DNA of 64,000 nucleotides from Planctomycetota bacterium (GCA_046290465.1 JBKAGP010000001.1:3776001-3840000); one strand, 5' to 3'; counted from the first letter of the stretch, positions 44,700 through 55,145 are shown. Notes: generated by a model not told the origin, from the letters alone. Made by a program: numbers and translations.

Positions 44700-46104
44700 G
44701 ATCGTCCTGCTGGGGCTCGATCGGCAGGAAGGGCTCGAACGCGCCGCGGTCGATCTGGCTGCCCTTGATGCGCATCGTGCCGTCGTAGTCGAACGGCATC
44801 GGCTCGGTCACGTTGCCGTCCCCGTCCGCGTCGAAGTAGTCCTGCTGCACGAACGCCTGCGTGCCGGTGTTGACGCAGAAGCTGCTGGTGCTGATGTGCA
44901 GGTTGCCGTTGGCCGGGTCGAGGAACAGCGGGTCGACGTAGAAGTTGTTGGCGATCGTCGCGCCACAGGCCGGCGCACCGATGGCCGCGTTGGTCAGATC
45001 GTTGTTGGCGATCACGACCGGCAGGTCGCTGCACTGCAGCGTGATCGCGTACCAGGTCTGGAACTCCGGCTCGGTCAGGGCCGTGTTGCCGTAGCTGATG
45101 CAGTTCCAGATGCGCGTCTGGATCTCCGGCAGGCCGTGGCCCTGGTCGTGCGACAGGCCGCCGCCCATGCCCGAGCGGTTGCCCGAGAAGCTGCAGTTGG
45201 CGATGTCCGACGCGGCCCACGCGCCGAGGTGCAGACCACCGCCCATGTCGACCGCCGCGTTGCGATCGAACACGCAGTTCATGAAGCGAACGCGCGGGTC
45301 CTGCTGGACGAAGTCCTGCGGCGTGTCGATCATGCAGCCGCCGCCGAGGTCACCGGCGACGTTGAGGCGGAACAGCGTGTTGTAGACGTGCGAGTGCTGC
45401 GACAGCTCGCCGCTGCCGTGATCCATCACGTAGATGCCGCCACCGGCGATGCCGGCGTTGTTGCTGATCAGCCGGCACTGGTAGGCGTTGAGCGTGCCGC
45501 CCTGCGCGTAGATGCCGGCGCCGGCCGTGTCGGCCTTGCAGTCGCGCACGCGCACGTCGCGCAGCTCCAGCGAGTGGCCGCCGATCGGACCGCCGGTCAG
45601 CGGCGCGGTGTAGAGGATGCCGGCGCCGACGTCCTCGTAGCTGCCGTTGCCGGTCGCGTTGCCGTCGATGATCTTGACGCGTTCGATCCGGGTCGTGCCG
45701 GTGACGCCGGGAGGGATGACGACGCTGACGACGTGACGCGCGCGGCTCGGACCACCCGAGACGACTTCGCCGTCGAGGATCGTCTTGGCCGGCAGGCCGA
45801 GCGGCGTGCCGTTGGTCTCGTTGCCGAGGAAGCCGCCGATCAACGTGACGTTGGGCCCGACCTGGAACGTCGAGTTGGCGAGCTGATTGAGCTGGCCGGC
45901 AGGGATCGTGCTCGGTCGGTAGGTGCCTTCGGCGACGTAGATGAGGGCGCTGCCGCCGCTCATCGCCAGTGCGGTGTTGAGGTCGTTGTAGGCCGTCGCC
46001 CAGCTGACGCCGTTGCCGCCGGCGGGGGCGCTGTCGTCGACGAAGACCTGGGCTTGCGCGCTCGCGGACAGGACGGCGGCGAGCAGGATGGTGTGCTTGT
46101 TCAT
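44700..46104 (-). CDS. Secreted right-handed beta-helix (pectin-lyase-like, choice-of-anchor-Q-type) protein; 3' end uncertain because no stop codon follows the domain
   Basis: AGGAG RBS; signal peptide; FVDDSA..GGNGVSWATAY..L, VAEGTYRP, repeated N.A...GGG, VDPLF...SFCVNTG...IDRGAFE. Confidence 0.75.
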
Positions 46105-46259
46105 GGGTTCTCCTTGGGTTTCCCGGCGAGCGACGTTGCTCGCGCTGCCCCCAGGGCGGACTTCGACCGCCGCCGTTACGGCACGGAATCACGGTTTGCC
46201 GGGCGTTCGAACGCGTCCGTCGCTATCGTGCTTGCCCCCGAACCGCGGGGAGCAAGCAC

Positions 46260-47621
46260 ATGCGCGACAAGATCCACATCGGTTACGGCCAGGGATTCTG
46301 GGGCGACTCGATCCTCGGCCCCGTTCGCCTGGTCAACGAAGGTCCGCTCGACTACCTCGCCCTCGACTACCTGGCCGAGGTGACGATGAGCATCATGCAG
46401 AAGCTCAAGAGCCGGAATCCCGACGCCGGCTACGCGACCGACTTCGTGCGCATGCTCGACCGCACCCTCGACCAGATCGCCGACAAGGGCATCAAGGTCA
46501 TCGCCAACGCGGGCGGCGTGAACCCCGAGGCCTGCCTCAACGCGGTGCTCGACCTCGCCAGGAAGAAGGGCATCCAGGGACTCAAGGTCGGCATCGTCGA
46601 GGGCGACGACATCCTGACGCGCGTGCCCGAGCTGCTCGCCGCCGGCCACGACATGAAGAACATGGACGACGGCCGGCCGCTGTCGGAGGTGCAGGACAAG
46701 CTGCTCAGCGCCAACGCCTACATCGGCGCGTTCTCGGTGGCGGAGTGCCTGGCCGCCGGCGCGCAGATCGTCATCTGCGGCCGCGTCACCGACCCGGCGC
46801 TGGTCGGCGGCCCGATGGTGCACGAGTTCGGCTGGCAGCCGACCGACTACGACAAGCTCGCGGCGAGCACCGTCGCCGGCCACATCGGCGAGTGTGGCGC
46901 GCAGTGCACCGGCGGCAACTACACGCGCTGGCGCGAGGTCGAGGACTTCGTGCGGATCGGCTACCCGGTGATCGAAGCGACGCCCGACGGCACCTTCACG
47001 GTCACCAAGCACGAAGGCACCGGCGGCCTGCTGACCCGCAACACGGTCGTCTCGCAGCTGCTCTACGAGATGGGCGACCCCAACAACTACCTCGGCCCCG
47101 ACTGCGCCGCGGACTTCACCAGCGCCAGGATCGAAGAGGTCGGGCCGAACCGCGTGCAGATCTCGGGCGTCAAGGGCAGCGCGCCGACCGACACCTACAA
47201 GGTCTCGCTGAGCTACCAGAACGGCTACAAGGCGACGGGTCAGCTGACCATCGCGGGCCCGGACGCCATCGACAAGGCGAAGCTGTGCGCCGACATCGTC
47301 TGGGGCCGGCTGGCGTTCGACGGCTGCGAGTTCGCCGACGACGAGAAGATGGTCGAGTTCGTCGGCGCGGGCATGACCCACGCCGGCATCCTCGAATCCA
47401 ACGACCCGCCCGAGGTCGTGCTGCGCATGGGCGTCAAGTGCGGCCACAAGGCCCGGGTCGATCGCTTCGGCAGCGAACTGGTGCCGCTGGTCACGTCCGG
47501 ACCACCGGGCGTCACCGGCTTCGCGGGCGGCCGCCCGAAGGCGACGGACATCGTCGGCTACTGGCCGGCACTGCTCGACAAGAACCAGGTCAAGACGCGC
47601 GTGCGCGTGGAGGAGTCGTAA
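46260..47621 (+). CDS. Acyclic terpene utilization AtuA family protein (DUF1446), N-terminal part
   Basis: GQGFWGD, DYLAEVTM, NAGGVNP, ANAYIGA, GRVTD, GHIGECGAQCTGGN, QLLYEM. Confidence 0.9.
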   Translation: MRDKIHIGYGQGFWGDSILGPVRLVNEGPLDYLALDYLAEVTMSIMQKLKSRNPDAGYATDFVRMLDRTLDQIADKGIKVIANAGGVNPEACLNAVLDLARKKGIQGLKVGIVEGDDILTRVPELLAAGHDMKNMDDGRPLSEVQDKLLSANAYIGAFSVAECLAAGAQIVICGRVTDPALVGGPMVHEFGWQPTDYDKLAASTVAGHIGECGAQCTGGNYTRWREVEDFVRIGYPVIEATPDGTFTVTKHEGTGGLLTRNTVVSQLLYEMGDPNNYLGPDCAADFTSARIEEVGPNRVQISGVKGSAPTDTYKVSLSYQNGYKATGQLTIAGPDAIDKAKLCADIVWGRLAFDGCEFADDEKMVEFVGAGMTHAGILESNDPPEVVLRMGVKCGHKARVDRFGSELVPLVTSGPPGVTGFAGGRPKATDIVGYWPALLDKNQVKTRVRVEES

Positions 47622-47935
47622 TGGCGAAGGTCAAGCTGAGTGAGTTCGCGATGGCGCGCAGCGGCGACAAGGGTGACGGCAGCAACGTCGGCATCTTCGT
47701 CACCAACGAAGCCGACTACGAGGTGATCAAGCGCGAGCTGACGGTCGAACGCGTGCAGCAGCACTTCCGGGAGATCTGCTTCGGCGAGATCACCCGCTAC
47801 GAAGCGCCCAACATGCTCGCGCTCAACTTCCTGCTGCGCGACAGCCTCGGCGGCGGTGGCAGCGAGAGCCTGAAGACCGACGCGCAGGGCAAGACGCACG
47901 GCCTCGGCCTGCTCGAGCTCGAGGTCGAGCGCTGA
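47621..47935 (+). CDS. AtuA-related small protein (split C-terminal domain)
   Basis: TAATG overlap; ARSGDKGDGSNVG...ALNFLL..SLGGGG..SLKTDAQGK. Confidence 0.85.
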   Translation: MAKVKLSEFAMARSGDKGDGSNVGIFVTNEADYEVIKRELTVERVQQHFREICFGEITRYEAPNMLALNFLLRDSLGGGGSESLKTDAQGKTHGLGLLELEVER

Positions 47936-48114
47936 TTGGCGGGGCGGCAATCGGCCGCCGCAAACAAAGAACGGCGAGGCGCGCCGGCCGCACTGCGCGC
48001 CGAAATGCGTAACCCGCCGCGGAGACCCTGCTTCGGCGACAGACGCGAAAGCGTCATTACGGACCTGCGCCAGGAGGCTCCAACTGGCGCGTAAGACGCT
48101 ATGTTCTCCGCGTC

Positions 48115-49716
48115 ATGAGGAAGGCCCTCTTCATCAGTTTCGTGGTCGCCATGCCGGTTGTCGCGCAATCGCCCGGCCTGCGCCTGTTCTCCCCCACCCA
48201 GACGAACAACACGCAGATCGTGGACGGCAACGGCACCACGGTCCACTCGTGGAGCGGGTTCAACAGCACCGTCGTGCACATGGATCACGACGGCAACCTG
48301 ATCCGCGGCATGGTCGAGCCGAACTCGGGCTTCCCCGGCACGACCGGTCGCCTGCAGCGTCGCGACATCAACGACAACCTGCTGTGGGATCTCGTCGTCA
48401 CGGACTCCGAGCACCTGATGCACCACGACATCTGTGCGCTGCCCAACGGCAACGTGCTGGTCATGGCCTCGGACATCATGACGCAGGCCGAGGCGATCGC
48501 CGACGGCCGCGACCCGGCGCTGCTGACCGCGCCCGACTGGTTCCCGGCGGGCATCCTCGAGATCCAGCAGACCGGTCCGACCACCGGCCAGATCGTCTGG
48601 GAGTGGCACGTCCAGGATCACCTGGTGCAGGACTTCGATCCGACCAAGAACAACTTCGGCGTCGTGTCGGACCACCCGGAGCTGGTCGACATCAACTACC
48701 CGCCGATCCTGCTCGACGTGATCGGGGACTGGACCCACGCCAACGGCATCGACTACGACCCGATCAACGACTGGATCATCATCAGCTCGCGCGCGCAGGA
48801 CGAATGCTGGCTGATCGACCACTCGACGACCACCGCCGAGGCGGCCGGGCACACCGGCGGCGCGCGCGGCCGCGGCGGCGACATCCTGTGGCGCTGGGGC
48901 AACCCGCAGTGCTACGGCCGCGGCACGTCGGCCGACCGGCAGCTGTTCAAGCAGCACGACCCGCGCTTCATCCCGCCGGGCTGCCCGGGCGCTGGCAACA
49001 TCACGATCTTCAACAACCAGGCGATGCCCGGTCAGTCCTCGGTGATCGAACTGACGATGCCGGTCGACACCCAGGGCAACCCGTTCGTCGATCCGGTCAG
49101 CAACGTCTTCGGGCCGGCCGCGCCGGTGTGGACGTTCACCGAGCCGGGCTTCTTCTCGGCGTTCGTGTCGGGTGCGCAGCGCCTGCGCAACGGCAACACG
49201 TTGATCTGCAGCGGCGCCAACTCGCTGCTGTTCGAGGTCACCCCGGCCGGCCAGACCGTCTGGAGCTACACCTACCCGACCGGCGACATCATCTTCCAGT
49301 GCGACGCGATCGAGCGCCGGATGTGGACGAGCGGCAAGGAACTGTCGGTCGCCAACGGCGGCATCATCGACTGCACGCACATCTGCGACACCGAGCGCAC
49401 CGGCGACTTCTACTACCTGCTCGGCTCGCTGGCCGGCACGACGCCGGGCACGACGCTGCCGGGCGGCGTGATCCTGCCGCTCAACACCGACGTGCTGCTG
49501 GTCGGCATGGTCACGCACCCGAACATCACGGTGTTCGTCGACACGCTCGGCACGGTCGACGCGGTCGGCAAGGCCAACTCGTCGATCCAGATCCCGCCGG
49601 GTCTGCTGGTGCCCGCGCTGATCGGCGCGGAGATGAACCTCTGCCACGCGCTGATCGACAGCACCGGCTACGTGGTCGAGATCAGCAACGTCGAGTCGGT
49701 GCAGATCACGCCGTAG
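48115..49716 (+). CDS. Aryl-sulfate sulfotransferase-like protein with shared C-terminal domain
   Basis: HHDI..LPNGNVL, IVWEW...DH, DWTHANGIDY, IISSR, ILWRWGNP, QHD, SGAQRLRNGNTLIC. Confidence 0.85.
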   Translation: MRKALFISFVVAMPVVAQSPGLRLFSPTQTNNTQIVDGNGTTVHSWSGFNSTVVHMDHDGNLIRGMVEPNSGFPGTTGRLQRRDINDNLLWDLVVTDSEHLMHHDICALPNGNVLVMASDIMTQAEAIADGRDPALLTAPDWFPAGILEIQQTGPTTGQIVWEWHVQDHLVQDFDPTKNNFGVVSDHPELVDINYPPILLDVIGDWTHANGIDYDPINDWIIISSRAQDECWLIDHSTTTAEAAGHTGGARGRGGDILWRWGNPQCYGRGTSADRQLFKQHDPRFIPPGCPGAGNITIFNNQAMPGQSSVIELTMPVDTQGNPFVDPVSNVFGPAAPVWTFTEPGFFSAFVSGAQRLRNGNTLICSGANSLLFEVTPAGQTVWSYTYPTGDIIFQCDAIERRMWTSGKELSVANGGIIDCTHICDTERTGDFYYLLGSLAGTTPGTTLPGGVILPLNTDVLLVGMVTHPNITVFVDTLGTVDAVGKANSSIQIPPGLLVPALIGAEMNLCHALIDSTGYVVEISNVESVQITP

Positions 49717-49767
49717 CGGCGGAGCCGCTGCAGCCGGGCATGTCTGCCCGGCCGCCGGCGGCAGGGC

Positions 49768-49871
49768 TCAGGCCAACCCCGATCAGGCCAACCCCGATCA
49801 GGCCAACCCCGATCAGGCCAACCCCGATCAGGCCAACCCCGATCAGGCCAGCCCCGATCAGGCCAGCCCCG
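49768..49871. repeat. 15-bp tandem repeat, 7 units (TCAGGCCAACCCCGA)
   Basis: 5 identical units plus 2 with an A>G change; the last unit overlaps the stop of the small gene. Confidence 0.9.
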
Positions 49872-50013
49872 CCAGCGTGCGCTCGACCTTGTCGGCCTCG
49901 GCGGTCTTGGCCGCGAACGCGACGATGTCGCCGCGCCGCTGCAGATCGCGGGCTTCCTGCAGGAGCTTCCGGTGCAGTCGCTCGAGGCGACGACGCTTCC
50001 ACCACTTGAGCAT
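49858..50013 (-). CDS. 51-aa small protein resembling the DUF6435/Lacal_2735 family (absent from the ORF track)
   Basis: MLKWWKRRRLERLHRKLLQEARDLQRRGDIVAFAAKTAEADKVERTLAGLA*; typical GC3-rich codons. Confidence 0.7.
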   Translation of the reverse strand: MLKWWKRRRLERLHRKLLQEARDLQRRGDIVAFAAKTAEADKVERTLAGLA

Positions 50014-50063
50014 GCGGAGCCGTTCGCGCGGCCGCCGGCCACGGATGCGCCGGCGGGCCGCGA

Positions 50064-50984
50064 TCAGTCGCCGAGCAGGAACGTCAGCTCGTGCTTGTTG
50101 TGGTGCAGGTGCAGCACCCGCGCACTGTCGATCTCGGCGAAGCCGCGCGCAGCCTCGTGCTCGCCCTCACCCTGGAACTTGATCGTGCAGACGAAGCGGC
50201 GCGCCATGCCGGCCTCCCGCCACCGCTGCACCAGCTCCAACAGCCGCGGCGGGTAGCAGATCACGTCGCTGAACAGCCAGTCGACCGGGCCGACTTCGCG
50301 CGGATCCAGACCGAACGCGCTCTCGGTGCGCACTTCGACGTTCGGCAGCGCGGCGACCGAAGCATCCATGTCGGCCTTGTCGACGGCGACCACGTCGGCG
50401 CCCAGGCGCGCCAGCGCCCAGGTCCAGCCGCCGGGCGCCGCACCCAGGTCGATGCATCGCTCCCCCGGTTGCGGCAGCGGACCGAACCGCAGCAATGCCT
50501 CCCACAGCTTGCGATAGGCGCGGCTCGGCGGCCCCGTCCGGTCCTCGACGAACTGCAGCTCACCGTTGCCGAACGGCGACGAGCAGCGCGCGCTGGCCAG
50601 CATCAGGTCGTGCTCCCACAACGTCCACGATCCCATCGGGGACGTCGGCACCTCGAACGGGAACTCCCGCGGCCTCGATCGCAGCGGCGGCAGCTTGTCG
50701 ACCAGCAGCGTCGCCCGCCGGTAGAAGTCGTCGCCGTAGAACGTCCAGTTGCGCTGCATCGAGCGCAGCCAGCGGGCGCCGTCGCCGATCGAGCCGATCC
50801 GCCGCCACTCCGGCTCCAGCCAGGTGTTGGCGGCCCACCACGAGGCCTCGTCGCACGGCTCGGCGGCGAGCACCAGCCGCCCGCGCACGGCGAGCACCCG
50901 GTCGCCGAGCGCGTCGACGATCGGCGCGACCAGCCCTTCGGGCGCGAGGTAGGCGACGGCGACGGGGGACGGTTCGGCGGACAC
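50064..50984 (-). CDS. FtsJ/RlmM-like SAM-dependent RNA methyltransferase
   Basis: PPSRAYRKLWEA, IDLGAAPGGWT, VAVD, DWLFSDV, TIKF, HNKHELT. Confidence 0.8.
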   Translation of the reverse strand: MSAEPSPVAVAYLAPEGLVAPIVDALGDRVLAVRGRLVLAAEPCDEASWWAANTWLEPEWRRIGSIGDGARWLRSMQRNWTFYGDDFYRRATLLVDKLPPLRSRPREFPFEVPTSPMGSWTLWEHDLMLASARCSSPFGNGELQFVEDRTGPPSRAYRKLWEALLRFGPLPQPGERCIDLGAAPGGWTWALARLGADVVAVDKADMDASVAALPNVEVRTESAFGLDPREVGPVDWLFSDVICYPPRLLELVQRWREAGMARRFVCTIKFQGEGEHEAARGFAEIDSARVLHLHHNKHELTFLLGD

Positions 50985-51163
50985 GGCCGGCAGCGTAGCC
51001 GGCCACGGCACCGCCCGCGACACACCCATGCCGCCGGCCGGTCGCCCCGGTCGACGCCCCCGATCGACACCCCCGGTCGACACCCCCGGTCGCCCGCCCG
51101 CGGCCACCAACCCGCCCGAAGGACCGGGGGCGGCCCGTGTCGACGCGGTATCCTTGCGACGCG

Positions 51164-54100
51164 ATGGTGGCCGATCCAGCACAGCCCGACGACGCCCCGA
51201 CCGAGGATCCGGTCGAGAAGCTGCTGTTCGAATGCCTCGAGTCGAACGATCCGGAGGCCGCGATCGAAGCTGCTGCGGCCGACCACCCGTCGCTCGCCGA
51301 CGAACTGCGCCGCGCCTACGCCGAGATGGCGCACTTCGACCTGATCGGCGACGCGACCGCGCCGCGCAGCTCACCCGAACAGGTCCCCGAGAAGCTCGGG
51401 GAGTACCGCCTGCTCGAGCGCCTCGGCGCCGGCGGCATGGGCGTCGTCTACCTGGCGCGCGACGACGTGCTGCAGCGCACCGTGGCGCTCAAGCTGATCC
51501 GCCCCGAGCACCTCTACCTGCCGGGCGCGCGCGAACGCTTCCAGCGCGAGGTCGAGACCATCGCGCGCCTGCAGCACGCCGGCATCGTGCCGATCTACGG
51601 CGTCGGCAAGGCCGATGGCATGCCGTACTTCACGATGCAGCACATCGGCGGCTGCTCGCTGTCGCAGGCCCTCACCGAACTGCAGCAGCAGGAGACGGCG
51701 CCGGACGGCCGCGCGCTGACGCGCGTGGCGGCGGCCGGCTCGGAGCGCGTCGATGCGCACGGCAGCGGTTCCCCGTCGGGCACGAGGTCGGGATCCAGGT
51801 CCGGCTCCAACTCCGGCAGCGGCAGCAGCACGCACGGCATCGACGGCCTCTCGTGGCCCGACACGTGCGTCGCGATCGCGACCGAGATCGCCGCGGCGCT
51901 GCACCATGCGCACGAACGCGGCGTGCTGCACCGCGACGTCAAGCCGTCCAACATCCTGCTGTCGGCGGACTGCCGACCGATGATCGTCGACTTCGGCCTG
52001 GCGTGGGCCGACGACACCGACCAGCGCCTGACGCGCTCGACCAGCCAGCTCGGTTCGCTGCCGTACCTGCCGCCGGAACACATCACCGGCGACACCCCCG
52101 ATCCCAACCGCGCGACCGACGTCTACTCGCTCGGCGTGACGCTCTACGAGATGTTGACGCTGCGCAACCCGTTCCTCGGCAAGAACGGCGAGGAGACGCG
52201 GCGCAACATCCTCGGCGCCCGCGCCCTGCGCCTGCGTCGCGAACAGCGCGGCGTGTCGTGGGAGCTCGAGACCGTCTGCATGAAGGCGCTCGATCCGGAC
52301 CCGAGCAAGCGCTACCGGACGATGCTCGACTTCCAGCGCGACCTCGAGCGGGTGCGGAACCGCCAGACGATCGAGGCGCGGCGACCCGGGGTGCTGCGGC
52401 GCACGCGGCGGTGGACGCAACGACACCCGACGGTGATGGTCGCGTTCGCGGTGGCGCTGCTCGTGTCGATCGTCGCGCTGGTCGCGTTCGGCGTGCAGCA
52501 GCGCGACCAGCGGGTCCAGTCGGACAACCTGCGCGAGACCGCCGAGATCGAGCGCTACAGCGCCCTGGTCTCGAGCGCCGACGTCGAGATGCGCGCGAGC
52601 GGCCGGCCGGCACGCGCCCGCCTGCAGCTGTCGCAGTGCCGCGAACAGGACCGCGGCTGGGAGTGGCTGCAGCTCGAATACGCGACCGACCAGAGCCGGT
52701 CGGTCAACAGCGAGCTCGCCGGGCCGGTGCAGGACCTGCTCTGGCATCCGGACGGCGACCGCTACGTCGCGTGCACGCAGGAGCGCGAACTGGTCTGCTA
52801 CACGCGCGACCAGCAGCAGGTCTGGCGACACCAGGGACAGCCGATCTCGTCGTTCGTGTTCCGCGCGGTCGACGGCGGCCACGAACTGATCGCCGGCATG
52901 CTGGGCGCGCTCATCGAGGTGCGCGACGCGGCGAACGGCGTGCGCACCGGCACCTACGAACGGCCCACCGACGCGCTCGCCGGCGAGCTGACGTCGCTGG
53001 CGATCACCGCCGACGGCAGCCGCGTGTTCTCGACCTGCTCCGATGGCAACGTCAGCGTCTGGGACGCGCGCGAACGGCGCTTCGTCGAGACCTTCGGCCA
53101 CCACGACGCGCAGGCGCACTGCCTGGCGTTGAGCAGCGACGGCAGCCGGCTCGCGACCGGCGGCTTCGACAACATGGTGCGGGTGTTCGACACAAAGACG
53201 CTCGAAGAGGTGGCGTCCTGGCGCATGGGCCGCTGGGTGCTGGACCTGTTCTTCTCGCCCGACGGCGCCTCGGTCTGCGCCACCGACGGCCTGTTCCTCT
53301 ACGCCAAGACGATCGCCGAGGCCGACGAGGCGCCGCGCGTGCTCGACCGCAACGCGCGCACCGTGCTGGCCAGCAAGATCAGCCCCGACGGCAAGTGGGT
53401 CGCGATCTCCGCGACGCGCCGCAAGCTGCAGATCTACCGGGTCGCGCAGCAGCAGCCGTTCCGCATCGAACGCTACGCGCAGCTGCTCGGCCACGAAGGA
53501 CTGCTGCAGCACCTCACCTTCGCGAGCGACAGCCGGCACCTGCTGAGCGGCAGCACCGACCAGACCGTGCGGATCTGGGACCCGATGCGCAGCGCCGAGA
53601 CCGGCGCGCGCCCCCACCGGCGGCTGGTCCAGGAGCTGGTGTTCGTCGGCGACGGCGCCTGCATCAGCGGCGACTCGATGGGCAACCTGTGCGCCACCGA
53701 CGACGACGGCCAGATCACGCGGCTCGAGGCGATCGAAGGCCAGGCCGCGCACGGCAACGCGGTGAGCGCGCTGCTGTACCGCGACGGGCAGCTGACCAGC
53801 ATCGACGAGGGCGGCCGCGTGATCCTCTGGCATCGCGCCGACGGCAGCTGGCAGCCGACGACGACGATCGAACTCGAGACCCAGGTGACCACGGCGCAGC
53901 GGCTCGACGACGGCCGGCTGGCGATGGCCACCGGCGACGGCCAGGTGGTCGTGCTGGGCGACGACCGTTCGGCGTGGCGGGCGCACGATGCGCACATCAC
54001 CTCGCTGGTCGTGCACGGCAACCGCGCCTGGACCGCCTGCGTCGACGGCCAGCTGAAGCGTTGGGACCTCGACACGGGCGCGCTCGATGCGACGGGACCG

Positions 54101-54535
54101 ACCCACCCGGAGTGGATCGCGTCGATGACGATCGCCCCGGACGGCTCGTGGATCGCGACCGGCTGCGCCGACACGATCATCCGGATCCTCGACGCAGAGA
54201 CGTTCGCGCTGCGCCACGAACTCGAGGGCCACGCCCGCGTGCCGATGGCGATGGTCACCGACACCGACGGCGCGCGGCTGATCTCGGGCGGCGGCTTCGA
54301 CGCCGAACTGCGCTTCTGGACGCCGGACACCGGCCGCTGCCTCGTCAGCCAGGGCCGCCCCGACGCGGTGCTGTCGCTCGCGTTCGACCCCGAGACGCTG
54401 TCGCTGGCCCTCGGCGGCCGCGTCGGCCACGTGCGCCGGCTGCGCACGCGCCCCGGCGGACCGCGCAGCTACGTTCGCCGCGCGACTCCGGTCGATCGCA
54501 TCACGTCACCGCCCGGCCAGCCCAGCCACCGCTGA
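51164..54535 (+). CDS. Ser/Thr protein kinase with TM segment and WD40 repeats
   Basis: LGAGGMGVVY, VALK, HRDVKPSN, DFG, YLPPE; RGWEW; GH...WD repeats. Confidence 0.93.
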   Translation: MVADPAQPDDAPTEDPVEKLLFECLESNDPEAAIEAAAADHPSLADELRRAYAEMAHFDLIGDATAPRSSPEQVPEKLGEYRLLERLGAGGMGVVYLARDDVLQRTVALKLIRPEHLYLPGARERFQREVETIARLQHAGIVPIYGVGKADGMPYFTMQHIGGCSLSQALTELQQQETAPDGRALTRVAAAGSERVDAHGSGSPSGTRSGSRSGSNSGSGSSTHGIDGLSWPDTCVAIATEIAAALHHAHERGVLHRDVKPSNILLSADCRPMIVDFGLAWADDTDQRLTRSTSQLGSLPYLPPEHITGDTPDPNRATDVYSLGVTLYEMLTLRNPFLGKNGEETRRNILGARALRLRREQRGVSWELETVCMKALDPDPSKRYRTMLDFQRDLERVRNRQTIEARRPGVLRRTRRWTQRHPTVMVAFAVALLVSIVALVAFGVQQRDQRVQSDNLRETAEIERYSALVSSADVEMRASGRPARARLQLSQCREQDRGWEWLQLEYATDQSRSVNSELAGPVQDLLWHPDGDRYVACTQERELVCYTRDQQQVWRHQGQPISSFVFRAVDGGHELIAGMLGALIEVRDAANGVRTGTYERPTDALAGELTSLAITADGSRVFSTCSDGNVSVWDARERRFVETFGHHDAQAHCLALSSDGSRLATGGFDNMVRVFDTKTLEEVASWRMGRWVLDLFFSPDGASVCATDGLFLYAKTIAEADEAPRVLDRNARTVLASKISPDGKWVAISATRRKLQIYRVAQQQPFRIERYAQLLGHEGLLQHLTFASDSRHLLSGSTDQTVRIWDPMRSAETGARPHRRLVQELVFVGDGACISGDSMGNLCATDDDGQITRLEAIEGQAAHGNAVSALLYRDGQLTSIDEGGRVILWHRADGSWQPTTTIELETQVTTAQRLDDGRLAMATGDGQVVVLGDDRSAWRAHDAHITSLVVHGNRAWTACVDGQLKRWDLDTGALDATGPTHPEWIASMTIAPDGSWIATGCADTIIRILDAETFALRHELEGHARVPMAMVTDTDGARLISGGGFDAELRFWTPDTGRCLVSQGRPDAVLSLAFDPETLSLALGGRVGHVRRLRTRPGGPRSYVRRATPVDRITSPPGQPSHR

Positions 54536-54536
54536 G

Positions 54537-55145
54537 TCAGCGCCCCTCGGGCACGAACGGCAGCGTCGGCGGCCGTTCGACGTGGTCGTCGCCGAACACG
54601 TCGATCAGCAGCAGGCCGAGCGCGAAGTCGACGAACTCGGCGACGTTGAAGCCGACGTGCGCGTGCACGAACACCGGCGTCAACCCGAGTTCGACGCCGA
54701 ACAGGTCGACGACCTTCTGCTCCGGCGTCAGTGCGAACGGCGCGCTGTCGTCGAGGTCGAACACGTCGCTGAGCAGGATCCACGAGCTGACGTCGTCGAA
54801 TCCCTGCGGATCCTCGACGTGGTTGCCGGTCGTGCTCGTCGCGAGGAAGCGCGACCACGACTGGCCGTAGCCGAGCGGGCCGAGCGTCGTGAACGGAATG
54901 CCGTAGCCGTGGTTGGTCAGCGTGTAGCCCGGCCGCTGCCACCACGTGTCCTTGCCGACGCCCCACTCGGCATACCAGCCGCCGACGTTGACCGCGAGCG
55001 GCCCGACCTTGGCGTCGACGTTGGCGCCGAGCGCGCTCTGGTGCCAACGCCAGACGAAGCAGTCGCCGAGATCGGTCAGCCTCTGGTCGACGTACGTGCA
55101 CGCCGCGAACGGCAGCAACAACAGCATCTGGGCAACGCGGCGCAT
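54537..55145 (-). CDS. Lipoprotein, unknown function
   Basis: Lipobox FAA|C; R..DLGDCF...GFNVAEFVDFALGLLLIDVFGDD. Confidence 0.7.
   Translation of the reverse strand: MRRVAQMLLLLPFAACTYVDQRLTDLGDCFVWRWHQSALGANVDAKVGPLAVNVGGWYAEWGVGKDTWWQRPGYTLTNHGYGIPFTTLGPLGYGQSWSRFLATSTTGNHVEDPQGFDDVSSWILLSDVFDLDDSAPFALTPEQKVVDLFGVELGLTPVFVHAHVGFNVAEFVDFALGLLLIDVFGDDHVERPPTLPFVPEGR

Noticed and set aside
49706..50005. Track ORF with GLIGV glycine-zipper repeats
   Set aside because: It is a by-product of the 15-bp repeat; the 51-aa frame at 49858-50013 has better codon usage and a recognisable family pattern
51035..51100. Short degenerate CCGGTCGACACCC repeats in a divergent intergenic region
   Set aside because: About four imperfect GC-rich units; cannot distinguish an operator array from slippage
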